DNA of 63,400 nucleotides, filler included, from Vannella sp. (taxonomy: Eukaryota): the NCBI GenBank assembly GCA_023345925.1. It is 4 parts of 4 records of this genome, joined end to end, with 100 filler letters (N's around TTAATTAATTAA, not from the genome) between each part and the next. Parts side by side here need not be neighbours in the genome. Positions count along the whole stretch, not along the records: positions 22,043 to 53,975 come from JAJQQN010000140.1; 3 more parts are not named here. The stretch is one strand, 5' to 3'. Below the pieces are notes generated by a model. The model was not told the DNA's origin, ran no database searches, and saw nothing but the letters and a program-made list of their open reading frames with translations. Position numbers and translations under genes: made by a program. Below, one piece after another: positions 38,901 through 48,897 of this stretch (positions within the stretch are counted from its first letter, which is position 1; each line of letters opens with the position of its first letter).

Positions 38901-40609
38901 TGCTGGTTGACGGCGTGGAACTTCCACTTAATGTCACAGTGCCAGATGATGACGGTGATCCAGTGACAGTTTGTGATAGAACAAAGCATTCATAGTCGGG
39001 ACTACCATTGCAAGTAGCTCCAAGATACCCGACCGGAGTGCCACTAAAGCAAAAGAACACCTGATTGAACAATCGCACTTCCGCATTGTTGGGACTCGGA
39101 TCTGGCAATGATCCACAGAGTGAGTTATCATCAAGATTTGCACTTCTCAGTGCTGAGAGGTTCGCCCAAATCGGAAACGACCCCGAGATGTTGTTTCTTT
39201 GTAGAGCGCTACTCACTATCAGTGCAGATCGAAGCCACGATGAAGAGGTACTTACATCGATTTCACAGAACTGAGAGCTTTCCATTCAGGAAGAGTTCCT
39301 GTCAGCTGGTTGTCTTCGATGCTCCTGGACCAGGTTTCGATTAGTCAAAAGGTGTACTTTTGGAGGATTAGAGTAGAGCACTAACATCTCTGCCAAAAGA
39401 ATGAGAGTGGACCATTCAGGAAGCTGAACAGTGATTTGGTTGCTCTGGAGATACCTGCTCATGTGTTCTGCTGTGTCAGTAGATACCTCAGAAGATGCTA
39501 TCAGCGGAGCTCACATGTTTCGCAGTTTCTGGAGATTCTGCCATTGAGGAAGTGTTCCGTTGATCTGATTGTATCCTAAAATCCTGATTCCCGTTGCCGT
39601 TAAGGATGGCTGATGGTTAGGGAGGGCACTTGCATGTCTGTCAAGTTAACCATGGAGGTCCATTCAGGAAGAGTTCCAGGGATGGAGTTGTTGCGAAGAT
39701 TACTTCGCTTGGTTAGCGACCATAATGCAGAACAGTCTGCTAAGGCTTACAGAGTGGTCAGCTTCTCTCGATTGGGCCATTGGGGGAGTGCTCCAGTGAG
39801 TTGGTTATCGCTCAGAATTCTATTCGCTCTCTTTTCAGGCGATAGGCTCTGATAGACAAGTCAAGCTCACATAGTATCCAAAAGCGACATGGAAGACCAA
39901 AGGGGAAGAGTGCCAGAGATGTAATTGTTTCCCAAGTCCCTTTCTCCCCAACTCTTCGTTAGCAGAGCAGCTTGCCCGCAAGAGAGAATACTCACATGAA
40001 TGTCAGCTTGTCCAAAGAAGTCCAATCTGGAAAGTTCCGCTCAGCTGATTGTTCTTGATGGACCTGCTCTGGGTTAGAGCATTTCGTTGGAAGACAGGTT
40101 TCATCTAACATCACTTTGAGTTCTGTTAAGGGAAGATCAGGCAGAGCACCAGTGAACTTATTGTTATCCAAGACCCTTCTCCTTTGTTAGTGGAGCATCG
40201 CACATATGAAAGGCAACTGACAGGTACTTAAGGCTGTTGATGATGCCACTCCTTGGGAAGGTCCCAGAGATGGAGTTGTCGGACAAGTTCCTGTCCCTCC
40301 CCATTAGAACAGGCTCATACTGGTTGGCAAAGGGTGCTCTTACAACGCGATCAAGTCAGGCAGATAAAGGTTTGGTAACGAACCAGTCAAGTTGTTAGAA
40401 GGCAGAATGATAGACAAGACGGTGTTCTGCGCTTGGTCGCAAGTGACGCCAAACAGCGTGCAAGGAAGGATTTGTTGGGTCCACTGTTGGATCCAAGAAC
40501 TCCCGCCAGTGTAGACATAAAGGTCCATTAGCGAGTTTTGCTGCTGCAATGGCAGGGCACCGAACGTGATCACCACACAGAGACTCACGAAGAGCCACCA
40601 AGGGTTCAT
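35917..40609 (-). CDS. LRR / mucin-stalk / GPS(GAIN) single-pass surface receptor; 11 exons, one internal LRR exon frameshifted
   Basis: Exon 1 40609-40344 (signal peptide, LRRNT cap W..W..PC..FGVTC). LRR exons 40290-40222, 40175-40110, 40063-39996, 39939-39871, 39819-39751, 39702-39634, 39583-39515, 39454-39386, 39324-39256. Last exon 39208-35917 has LRR end cap, S/T stalk, WSCEDEC..CGQTSHLTNFALLL, TM and a short tail. Confidence 0.85.
38160..38815 (-). repeat. Coding tandem repeat, 72-nt (24-aa) unit in the mucin stalk
   Basis: Consensus SVTPSTSVTLTESVTPTASLTASS: seven 24-aa units and one 22-aa unit, flanked by two truncated units. Looser repeats continue at ~37290-37930. Confidence 0.92.
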
Positions 40610-41358
40610 GGAGTGTAAAGAAGGACACACGTGAGATCAAGCTGAAAGTTTCCTCAAATCGAAAATTTTGGCTGCCAAAAGGCGTCTCATTTTCGCCTCT
40701 GCCTCGAGACCAAACATGCGGAATGCAACGAACATGTGTACAGCCTTCAAGCTCCGGTAAACAACCCTTAATGTCTCTACTGAAGGCCTGGGCATCTCCT
40801 ATTGAGATCGGCGCTTCCTGTCAGTTGAACATGCTCTTCACAACCTCTGCAAGGCAATTTTGGTTCAAAGGGTTGTGCAGAGCATCTGCAACTGACAGTT
40901 TGAGCTCCACGACACCAGTAAGGCTATCCAGCAACCTCTCTCGGTGTCTCTCCAAAGTTCAAGGCTCATCTATCTGAGAGCTGTTGCGATGTTCCCTACA
41001 ACTACTGCTCCACGCCAAGTATGCACACTTCAAGCTTCCGGTCGGGCCCGGAACGCGGATCCAGCAACCGAACGATCTTCCTTGCCGATGGTGCACCGAG
41101 TTGAGTCGAAGGACACACGAAGACGGTCCGTAATCGGTGATGGCCATCACACACAAATAAATGCCTCAGCTCCATCAATCTTCGGTAATGACCCAAGACT
41201 CGCTTGAAGGAGCATGACGTGAAAGTCTGTCCACAAGGTGGAGCGCTCCATTTTTGTCCCTCACTCGCAACATTCTCCGTTGCGACCCTCGTGACCTGGC
41301 AGAGTGGCTCCCGTTTCCTCGAGGGAAGAGCAAGCGGTTGATCAATGCCTTTGTTCAT

Positions 41359-42901
41359 CTAATTAGCTTCTGGTTCTGCTTCAGTAGCAGGCTCAGGCGC
41401 TGTCTCTATCTCAGGAACGCCCTTCGAAGGTTCAGTCGTGTCTGGCTTCGTCTCTGTTGGAGCTGGGGTGGTGTTGACGTTTGTCGCATACTTCATGATT
41501 GCACGATAGAGTTCATCGCTGCTCTTGCTATTGCGCTGGCGCAATAGGTATGACTCTGGAGTCAGAACGTCAGATTCAGCGCCCATGCTGAATCCGATCA
41601 AGCGAAGATCAGTGTCTGAGGCTCTCTCGCAGGTGATATTGAGGAAGAGAGGCATGTTGATCACCAATTGATGTGTCTTCTCTCGTCGTACGACGATGCG
41701 CGCCTTGTCTTTCTCGTCTGACTTGACATTCAGTCGAAGTTCGCCACGCCCTCGTTGGATCCACTTCTTCTCAGGCACGGATGTTGAACCTTCCTCTTGG
41801 ATCTGTTCACCAACACCCAGCTGGTAGATGCGAACGACATCAGAGTAAACCTTCTCTTCGTCCTCTTCCCCAGTCTTCACTTGTTGTTCTGTCAGGGCCG
41901 GTACCTTGCTAGCCTCCGCCTGATGGACTATCAGTAAGTTGGAGGAGACTGCGCCTATAGTTACTCACAGCAGCTTCACTCAGGGTCGAGGGAGTGCTGG
42001 TGGGAACATCAAAGATCAATGTGGAGCCTTCCGTGCTTCCAAACTACGCAGAGAGTGAGAAGGAGAGCCACAAGGGTGAGAACTCACTGTTGTAAAGGGA
42101 TTGGAAGAACCAAAGATGCTCTTCTAGACCCCAAATCATCAGAGACATCCCTTTCTATCAGTCGAGGCAACCCTCACCTGCCCTTCTCCAAACAGTCCTT
42201 GGCTGGAGGACCAATCCTTCCCATTCATGTCAGTATGGTACATGTGATCGTTATCTACGTACAAAGCCCGTAATGGCCGAGGCTGCTTGATTGTTCTCGC
42301 CACTCTTCGGCAAGTTGAAGACGTTCTCGCTACCAGACGTCCAGCTCTGTACAGGAAGGGGATGAGAGACACTCAGTGGTACAATTGGGTCCTACAAAGA
42401 CTGGTTTGGGGATCTCTGGCTTCTCTTCAGGCTTAGTGTCGCCAGAGTTTGATTCCTTTTGAGCGTTGGCACCGTCCTTCTCCTCCTGCTGGACCTTGGC
42501 CTTCTCAATGGCACCTGTAGCTTCAGTGGCAGGTGCTCCTCCCACAGGCTGCACCAAAGGGGGCAAAGACGACTCAGCAGAAGTATCAGCAGTCGCTTCC
42601 AGCTCTGGATCGCCAATAGGAGTCACCTTGGGCTGCGCTCCGCGACGACGAGCAACCAATGGACTAGCGTTTGTTAGGATCCGTTCCACAAAGCATCCCG
42701 TTGGCTTACGGTCGAGCAGCGATCTCCTCGGCAGTGGAAACTGGCTACTCTCGCTGTTAGTTCGAGCTGCCCTCCCCACTCCACATCCCCCGCACATACA
42801 AAGTTCTCCGCATCATCAGAGAAGCGAGTTGGAGCATCCTTCTCCACAGACTCGGGAGTTAACTGAGAGTCAGCCTTGCGCTTTCCAAGTGTCACCACCA
42901 T
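41359..42901 (-). CDS. NUP50: Nucleoporin Nup50/Nup2-like (N-terminal Nup50 motif, FG motifs, RanBD)
   Basis: LGKRKADSQLT..F..STAEEIAARP.LVARRR. FG mini-exons. RanBD: KTGEEDEE, WIQRGRGELRLN, RIVVR..THQLVIN. Confidence 0.8.
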
Positions 42902-42962
42902 CGCCCTGGACACCACAAAGTGAAGGAAATTGCTCCTAAAGCACTAAAGACATCATTTGGAG

Positions 42963-43444
42963 ATGTCAGCGGGGGCGGCGGGAGAGCCTTTGGACTTTGA
43001 GGAGATATTGGGTGCCAAGAAAGGGGTCCAGGGCAAGCGGGGAGCGGTTCCTTTTGATGACAATCTACGTACGGACTCGAGTGATACGATACAGGCTCGG
43101 TGGGAGAAGCAGCAAGACCTAGGGCGAAGGCAGAAGGAGGCGGGAGTGGAGATCCCGGTCAAGAAGCATCGTTGTGACGATCATTTGGAGGATGTTGTAC
43201 GTATTGAACCTAGAACCATCAAGTTGGCTTCAGAGACTCACGCAGAAGCCAGTTTGTCAGCGCTTTCACCCCAAACGAGCGCCATTTGATCTGGCCTTCA
43301 GCCACCAAGTTCCTGTCTTGTCTCATCTCCAAGGAGGGGTGAGTCTTCTCCTACTTATCATCCTGGCAAGTACCAACCCACCAATCTAGCGAGGAACCAA
43401 AGAGAGTACGAGAAAGAGAGTATTTCCATTGCAAAAGGAGTTGA
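42963..43444 (+). CDS. Small hypothetical protein
   Basis: ATG 42963. Two plausible introns (~43252-43300, ~43339-43389) keep the frame open to a stop near 43444. No family recognised. Confidence 0.45.
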
Positions 43445-43646
43445 TCCGAAGTGCACCCCCCTCACCCTTCCAATGTACCTCTCTCCACTCCCCTTATCAG
43501 AGAGCCTCCATCATCCGTTCCCTCTCCCTCAGCAAGAACCCACTCGAACCTGTCCAAAAGGGCCTAAACGGGCTCAAAAGAAGGCCCAGAAGGGCAAATG
43601 TGGTGAAGAGGAGAGAACAAGTCCAGATTATCATCTTCTGGTTGCC

Positions 43647-44874
43647 ATGGAAGCAACGCTGGGGGAAGGGGAAGGCGAAGGGGGAGGTTCGAGGAGTGTT
43701 AGTCAGTGTGGAGGGAGGCTGGTTAGTGGGCCGGACCGCTCACTCTTTTGGCAATCAGTTATGTACATTGTAGTTCCGTGTGCCCTGGAGGTGCTGCTGG
43801 TGTAGGTGCTTCCGTGGGGAATGAGTGATGCGCCACTCTTCTGAGCTGTACTGTAGCGCTCCTTACTTTGGCTCAGCTGGAGTGGCTGGTATAACGATTT
43901 TGGTTCTATTTACACTGTTTTCTCTCTTCTGCACCGGCTACAGTGACCCTGGTATCCTCCCTCGCAGAGGTCCCGAGTCCAATCCGGAACGGCGGCCAAG
44001 AGAAGCTCCTTTAGGCTTAGTAGAGCTTGATTTGGATAGCATCCCAGAGCCAAAAAAGATAAGAGTCAAGAATGTCGGGCTTATGGACTCTAAATTCTGT
44101 CGTACGTGCAAAAAACCAAAGTGATGTAGTGACTTAGTCTCTCTCTGTAGCCACATGCCTCATCTATCGACCTCCTCGAGCATCTCATTGTAGCATATGT
44201 AATAATTGTGTTGAGCGCTTCGACCATCACTGTGTCTGGTAAGCCTTCTTGCTTGCCAAGTGGAGAAGGGTCTGAACTTTCTTTGCTGGTCATAGGATGG
44301 GCAATTGTGTGGGAAAGCGGAATTACCATTCTTTTTGCTACTTTCTCTGGTCCTGTACGACTCTGATATTGGGTTCTCTCTGTTTATGTACTTGTCAAGT
44401 CATTTTCGTTCTCCTTGAATGCCCTTCAGAAGAGTCTCTTTCCCTCGCTAATCGTTTGGTTTGGGCTTTTAATCAAGAGCCTCCCATGTAAGTGGAAGTT
44501 GGTGTGTCTGATGCGAAGTTAATGGGTTCAAAGGAACATTGCGCCTCCTTTGGCACTCTTCTTTGTGGGAATTATCTTCCTCTTCCCGCTGGCGACAATG
44601 AGCCACTATGTGATGAAGCTATCTTGTAGCAATATCACCACGAACGAAGATGTAAGGCACATTGTAGTAGTATATACCCTCTTTAGGATGTCTCATCCTC
44701 CTCGGGCAGATCAAGTGGGACTACATGGAGGTCGGCAGCCCTTGGTCAGAAGGCCGATTGGTGAATTGCATGTTCCTACTGCTTCCTCATCAGTGGCCCC
44801 GATACACAACGCTCAACCCCATCAACGCACAAGATACTTTTCGTTCGACAGAGATCTCTCCATTGGTAGACTGA
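43647..44874 (+). CDS. DHHC palmitoyl-acyltransferase (Erf2/ZDHHC9-14-18-like)
   Basis: [63 protein letters not shown]. Start could be upstream (43473). Confidence 0.9.
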
Positions 44875-45004
44875 GATACCCATATTGAATGTAAATAAGA
44901 ACCCCTCGTATGGTTCAGCTCATTCTGAAAGATCTGGATTCACTCATTCGTTCATTTGTCCGTTAATGACGACCATCCACCTCCACTTGGATTGGTGATT
45001 GATG

Positions 45005-46075
45005 TCAATTCCCTTGCGTGGAACTTGAGCGAGCGCTCTTTTGAGGGTTGAGGGAACGAGTTGGTCTGAAAGGAGTCTCGAAAGGAAGATGATTGTGGGG
45101 AATGCAAAGTGAGTTGGCCACCGCGTTCCCAGCACCCATCAACCTCCCATCATTCAAAGTAATAAGACTCAATTGCGAACCGGAAGCAACTGAAACGAGA
45201 CCGCAGAAGTTCTGGTTCTTGACAGGCTTTGGGACATCGACATTCTCTCCCAGTCCCAGCATTCCTTCTTCATTGAATCCCCACACCCACACACACTCGT
45301 CCTCGTCCAAGGCAAAGACATGCGAATAGCCCGTCCAGGCAGATTCTAGAGGAGGCAATCCTTCGATCCGTTGGAAGATGGTGGGATCCCCACACCTTCC
45401 CAGCAGTCCATAATGCCACCCAGATGTCCAACATCCTCCGTTGCTATCAATGAGAAGCCCATTCTGCCCGCCTGCGTGTAGTCCTCGAAGAGGACCATCA
45501 GGAAAGTGAGGAATGACGACACTGGCGGGTTGAATAGAAGGCTCCTTGTGTCCAATACCTAGCTGACCATCATTGTTACTTCCAAATGACCAGAGAGAGC
45601 CATCCATGGCTTCAGCAAGAGAGAACTGGAAGCCGCAAGCAATCTGGCGGATCGGAGGAAGTCCTTCAACAGGGAGAGCTTCCAAAGGCGAACTCAGTCG
45701 ACCCACACACCCACTCCCATCACTATCATCGCCAACAGCCCAGCTCCAAACGCCTCCGCGTTCATCCAAAGCGAGGCAATGCGCCCCTCCCGCTGCGATA
45801 CGGACGATCTTGGGGAGATAAGGTACTTGAGTGAAGCCAATCAGCATTCCTTCTCCAGAGCACCAGACAGCGCCACCTTGGTCTAACAGCAGAGTATGTC
45901 CGCCCCCACAGCAGATGTCCGCTATTGCTGGGCGTGTACCCTCCCACACTATACGCTGAAGAGGAACCTCTGAAGAGTCGGAAGGCATTCCAAACTGGCT
46001 GCTCACGCAGCCCCACAGGACGTCCTCCTCGTCCAGCACGAACCAGTGACGGCCCGCAGGTGAGGCGAAGGCCAT
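45005..46075 (-). CDS. RCC1/BLIP-II-repeat beta-propeller protein, intronless
   Basis: Repeats CCGGGHTLLLD, AAGGAHCLALD, ACGFQFSLA, WSFGSNNDGQLGIG, WVWGFNEEGMLGLG. C-terminal KSARS. Confidence 0.88.
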   Translation of the reverse strand: MAFASPAGRHWFVLDEEDVLWGCVSSQFGMPSDSSEVPLQRIVWEGTRPAIADICCGGGHTLLLDQGGAVWCSGEGMLIGFTQVPYLPKIVRIAAGGAHCLALDERGGVWSWAVGDDSDGSGCVGRLSSPLEALPVEGLPPIRQIACGFQFSLAEAMDGSLWSFGSNNDGQLGIGHKEPSIQPASVVIPHFPDGPLRGLHAGGQNGLLIDSNGGCWTSGWHYGLLGRCGDPTIFQRIEGLPPLESAWTGYSHVFALDEDECVWVWGFNEEGMLGLGENVDVPKPVKNQNFCGLVSVASGSQLSLITLNDGRLMGAGNAVANSLCIPHNHLPFETPFRPTRSLNPQKSARSSSTQGN

Positions 46076-46299
46076 GCCTTTGCCAATGCCTCACAACAAG
46101 CCACTTTCGTCTCCTTCTACCTTTATCCACTCCAAAGCGCTTGAAAAGGCCATCAGACCCCTTTCTGATTGGACGGTTCAGACCTCTTCTTGTTTGCCAT
46201 GGCTTCGAGGTGTTCTTTCTGCTGTGCGGAAACTCAGAAACCTTTGGCGTGTTCAGTATGCCGTCGACGCCGATACTAATGAGTGTCAACGCGGAGAGT

Positions 46300-46724
46300 T
46301 CACGGCCGTGAACCACGTCCGCTGGTATTGAGATCACTTTCAAGAGCTCCATCCAAGGAGTTGTCCCCACGGTCATCAGTTTTCTCGATCGTTGTGCCGC
46401 TATGGAGGAGTGGCAAGGTCTCTTCTTCCTCGTCCACGTGTGTCTCGTTCTCTTCCACTGGAGGGCTAGTATCACCCTCCTCTTTGCCGCTCAGCGTGCT
46501 TCCATAGCTCTGGGGGAGTGACGAGGCTCCTTCGTGTTCTTCGGAAGAAGAGTCCAAAAGGCAGATATAACCTCGCGTTCGTCGGAAGGGAAGTCCGCAA
46601 GGGAGATAACCTCGCGTTCTTCGGAAGAAGAATAAACAAGGGAGATAACCCCACGATCTCGTTCTTCTTTCATGTTGGTCTCGTTCTCTTCCACTGGCGA
46701 GGAGGCTTCACCTTCGCTTGACAT
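46300..46724 (-). pseudogene. Acidic low-complexity ORF with internal repeats and a frameshift
   Basis: Overlapping ORFs 46491-46724 and 46300-46557 share SPVEENET and SSSEE repeats. The frame changes near 46560. Confidence 0.4.
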
Positions 46725-47296
46725 ACTTCCTGGAGCCCACCCTCTAAGAAATAAAGAAGCACGCTTGGGAGGTGAAGAAGAGAAGTGTATAAGAGCTTCA
46801 GATCAGAAGCTTTAGTGGAGGGGAAGTATCAAGAACTGGGATGGTTGATTGGTCGTTCGCAAAGACTGACCGATAGTGAACAAGTAGTGAGCCGGAGCAC
46901 CGTGCCGAGATCATCAAGGAATATTCCAACACACCCACCAAGAAGCTACAAGTTGTAAGCAAGGCTTTCCCGCCAATTTTCGGAGCTGAGCGGGAAATCG
47001 CCCCTTGCAAACCTTGAGAACAAAATCATTCCAACTGCCCTTTGCGTTCATGAGATCCCTCCATACTCGAGTCGCTGAGAACCATAATGAACGACAGCAA
47101 CACTCAAGGCACTCCAAATAGCCAAACTGCTGGCGTTGTGGCGAGGATTGTGAAATAGGCCTTCGTACAGCAAATCCCAAAAAGCTACTTAAACGACTAC
47201 TGAGAAGTCTGTCACATCCTTTTTCCAATCCCTGTGGCAGCCCCTTGACGAAGATGTGCGTGTCATTGGTGATGTGGAAGCAGAAGTGAAGGTGCT

Positions 47297-47630
47297 TTAG
47301 CGAGAGTTGTGGCGGAGTAAAGCAATAAAGTCATTCATCACTTCGTACTCGTCCACAACCAAAGTCTCAAAGTGCTTGGTGGCGGAGGCTACCAATTCGG
47401 GCTTGCTGCGACCCTTAAGCTTGTAGTGTCGCTTGTACCGCATGAGGGTCTCCAGTTCGAGCATGTTGAAGTCCGCCGTCTTCCCGATCCCATCAGCCTC
47501 CACACACGCTCGCACGCACCAACCCACAACCTACCTTGTCCGAGTCGGAGAAGCGCTTCGGCTTTCCTGTTCCTGATATGCGCTTGCTCTTAACGATGCG
47601 ATTAGGGCGGGATGAGCGCGCGGACTTCAT
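47297..47630 (-). CDS. SAP30-like Sin3-binding domain protein
   Basis: DFNMLELETLMRYKRHYKL..SKPELVASATKHF..VDEYEVM.DFI. One intron ~47534-47480. Confidence 0.82.
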
Positions 47631-47733
47631 CCCCAAGCGACCGCCAAAAAATGGCTCCTTTTTGCACTAAAGCCTCAATCTTTGTTCATTTCGGAGATTT
47701 TATGATTATTTGCGCATTATTTGGTGAACTTGG

Positions 47734-48738
47734 ATGCGCGGAGGGATCCTGTTCGTGGTGGTGTTGGTGAGTTTGGTGTGTTGGGGGGAGGCAGAGTCCA
47801 CGTTTCAGAGGTGGGAGAAGCTTTACCAACGTACCTATGCTTCAGGAAGTGAGCGATCGGATAGGGAGAGGGTGTTTGCGGAGAATGAGGCTTTTGTTCA
47901 ACAACACAACCTTTCGCCTCGCTCTTATCGCGTAGCGCTCAATCAGTTTGCCGATTTGACTTTTGGAGAGTTCTCACAGCTTATGTCCGGGATTGTGGGG
48001 CCTCCCTCGAAGCCCGTTCGATACTCTCAAAGAGCGAGGACACCACTTCCTCCCTCTTGGGATTGGCGAAGCTATGGGGTAGTCACTCCTGTCAAGAACC
48101 AGGGAAACTGTAACTCCTGTTGGGCATTCTCTGCCACAGGGGCCATCGAGTCAGCCAAGGCCATTCTCACAGGCGAACTGGTCAGTCTTTCAGAGCAGAA
48201 CTTGATGGACTGCTCTTGGCGAGAGGGTAACAGAGCTTGTGGTGGTGGAACGCCGGATGCTTCCTTTGGCTACGTTCTTCGGTCAGGAGGAATAGACAGT
48301 GAACAAGCCTATCCTTATACTATGCAGTCTACTACTACTTGCCGCTATGCCAAGTCCACACCAGCAGCCTCTTTAGGTAACTACACAGCTCTTCCACACG
48401 GGGATGAAGAGGAACTTCAGATGGCTGTGGCAAGCAAAGGTCCAGTCTCTGCATTGATTGATGGCAACGACCCGGGATTCCAGTTCTACTCGTCAGGGAT
48501 CTACTTTAACCCTTTCTGCTCCAAGAGCAAGGCAAACCATGCTGTCTTGGTAGTAGGATATGGGACCAGCAATGCCACTGAGATAGAATACGGAGAGCCT
48601 GTGTCCGAGTATTGGATCGCCAAGAACAGCTTTGGACCCACTTGGGGTGATCGAGGGTACATCCAAATGGCCAGAAACATGAATAACTCATGCGGAATCG
48701 CTTCTCGTGCCTCCTATCCAAACGTCATGGCCGGCTAA
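47734..48738 (+). CDS. Cathepsin L-like papain (C1A) cysteine protease with I29 prodomain
   Basis: Signal peptide, ERFNIN-like and LNQFAD prodomain, QGNCNSCWAF, NHAV, KNSFG. Intronless. Confidence 0.95.
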   Translation: MRGGILFVVVLVSLVCWGEAESTFQRWEKLYQRTYASGSERSDRERVFAENEAFVQQHNLSPRSYRVALNQFADLTFGEFSQLMSGIVGPPSKPVRYSQRARTPLPPSWDWRSYGVVTPVKNQGNCNSCWAFSATGAIESAKAILTGELVSLSEQNLMDCSWREGNRACGGGTPDASFGYVLRSGGIDSEQAYPYTMQSTTTCRYAKSTPAASLGNYTALPHGDEEELQMAVASKGPVSALIDGNDPGFQFYSSGIYFNPFCSKSKANHAVLVVGYGTSNATEIEYGEPVSEYWIAKNSFGPTWGDRGYIQMARNMNNSCGIASRASYPNVMAG

Positions 48739-48897
48739 GCGGTGGATTGGATCACCAAAACCATAAGAAAGAGATATTGAGCATTCTAACGCAGCGGTTG
48801 GAGCTTGAGAAGAGAAGGAGTATCTTTCATGTTATCAGCGAAGCATTCATTCGTCCAATAAACGGAAAAGTCCATTCTCTTGCCATTTTCCGCGAGC

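Noticed and set aside
38271..38995. Plus-strand repetitive ORFs (V/L/A-rich 223 aa; W/H/L-rich 186 aa)
   Set aside because: Antisense shadows of the S/T mucin repeat.
45762..46475. 237-aa minus-strand ORF overlapping the RCC1 start
   Set aside because: Non-ATG start, no domain, and it overlaps better-supported frames.
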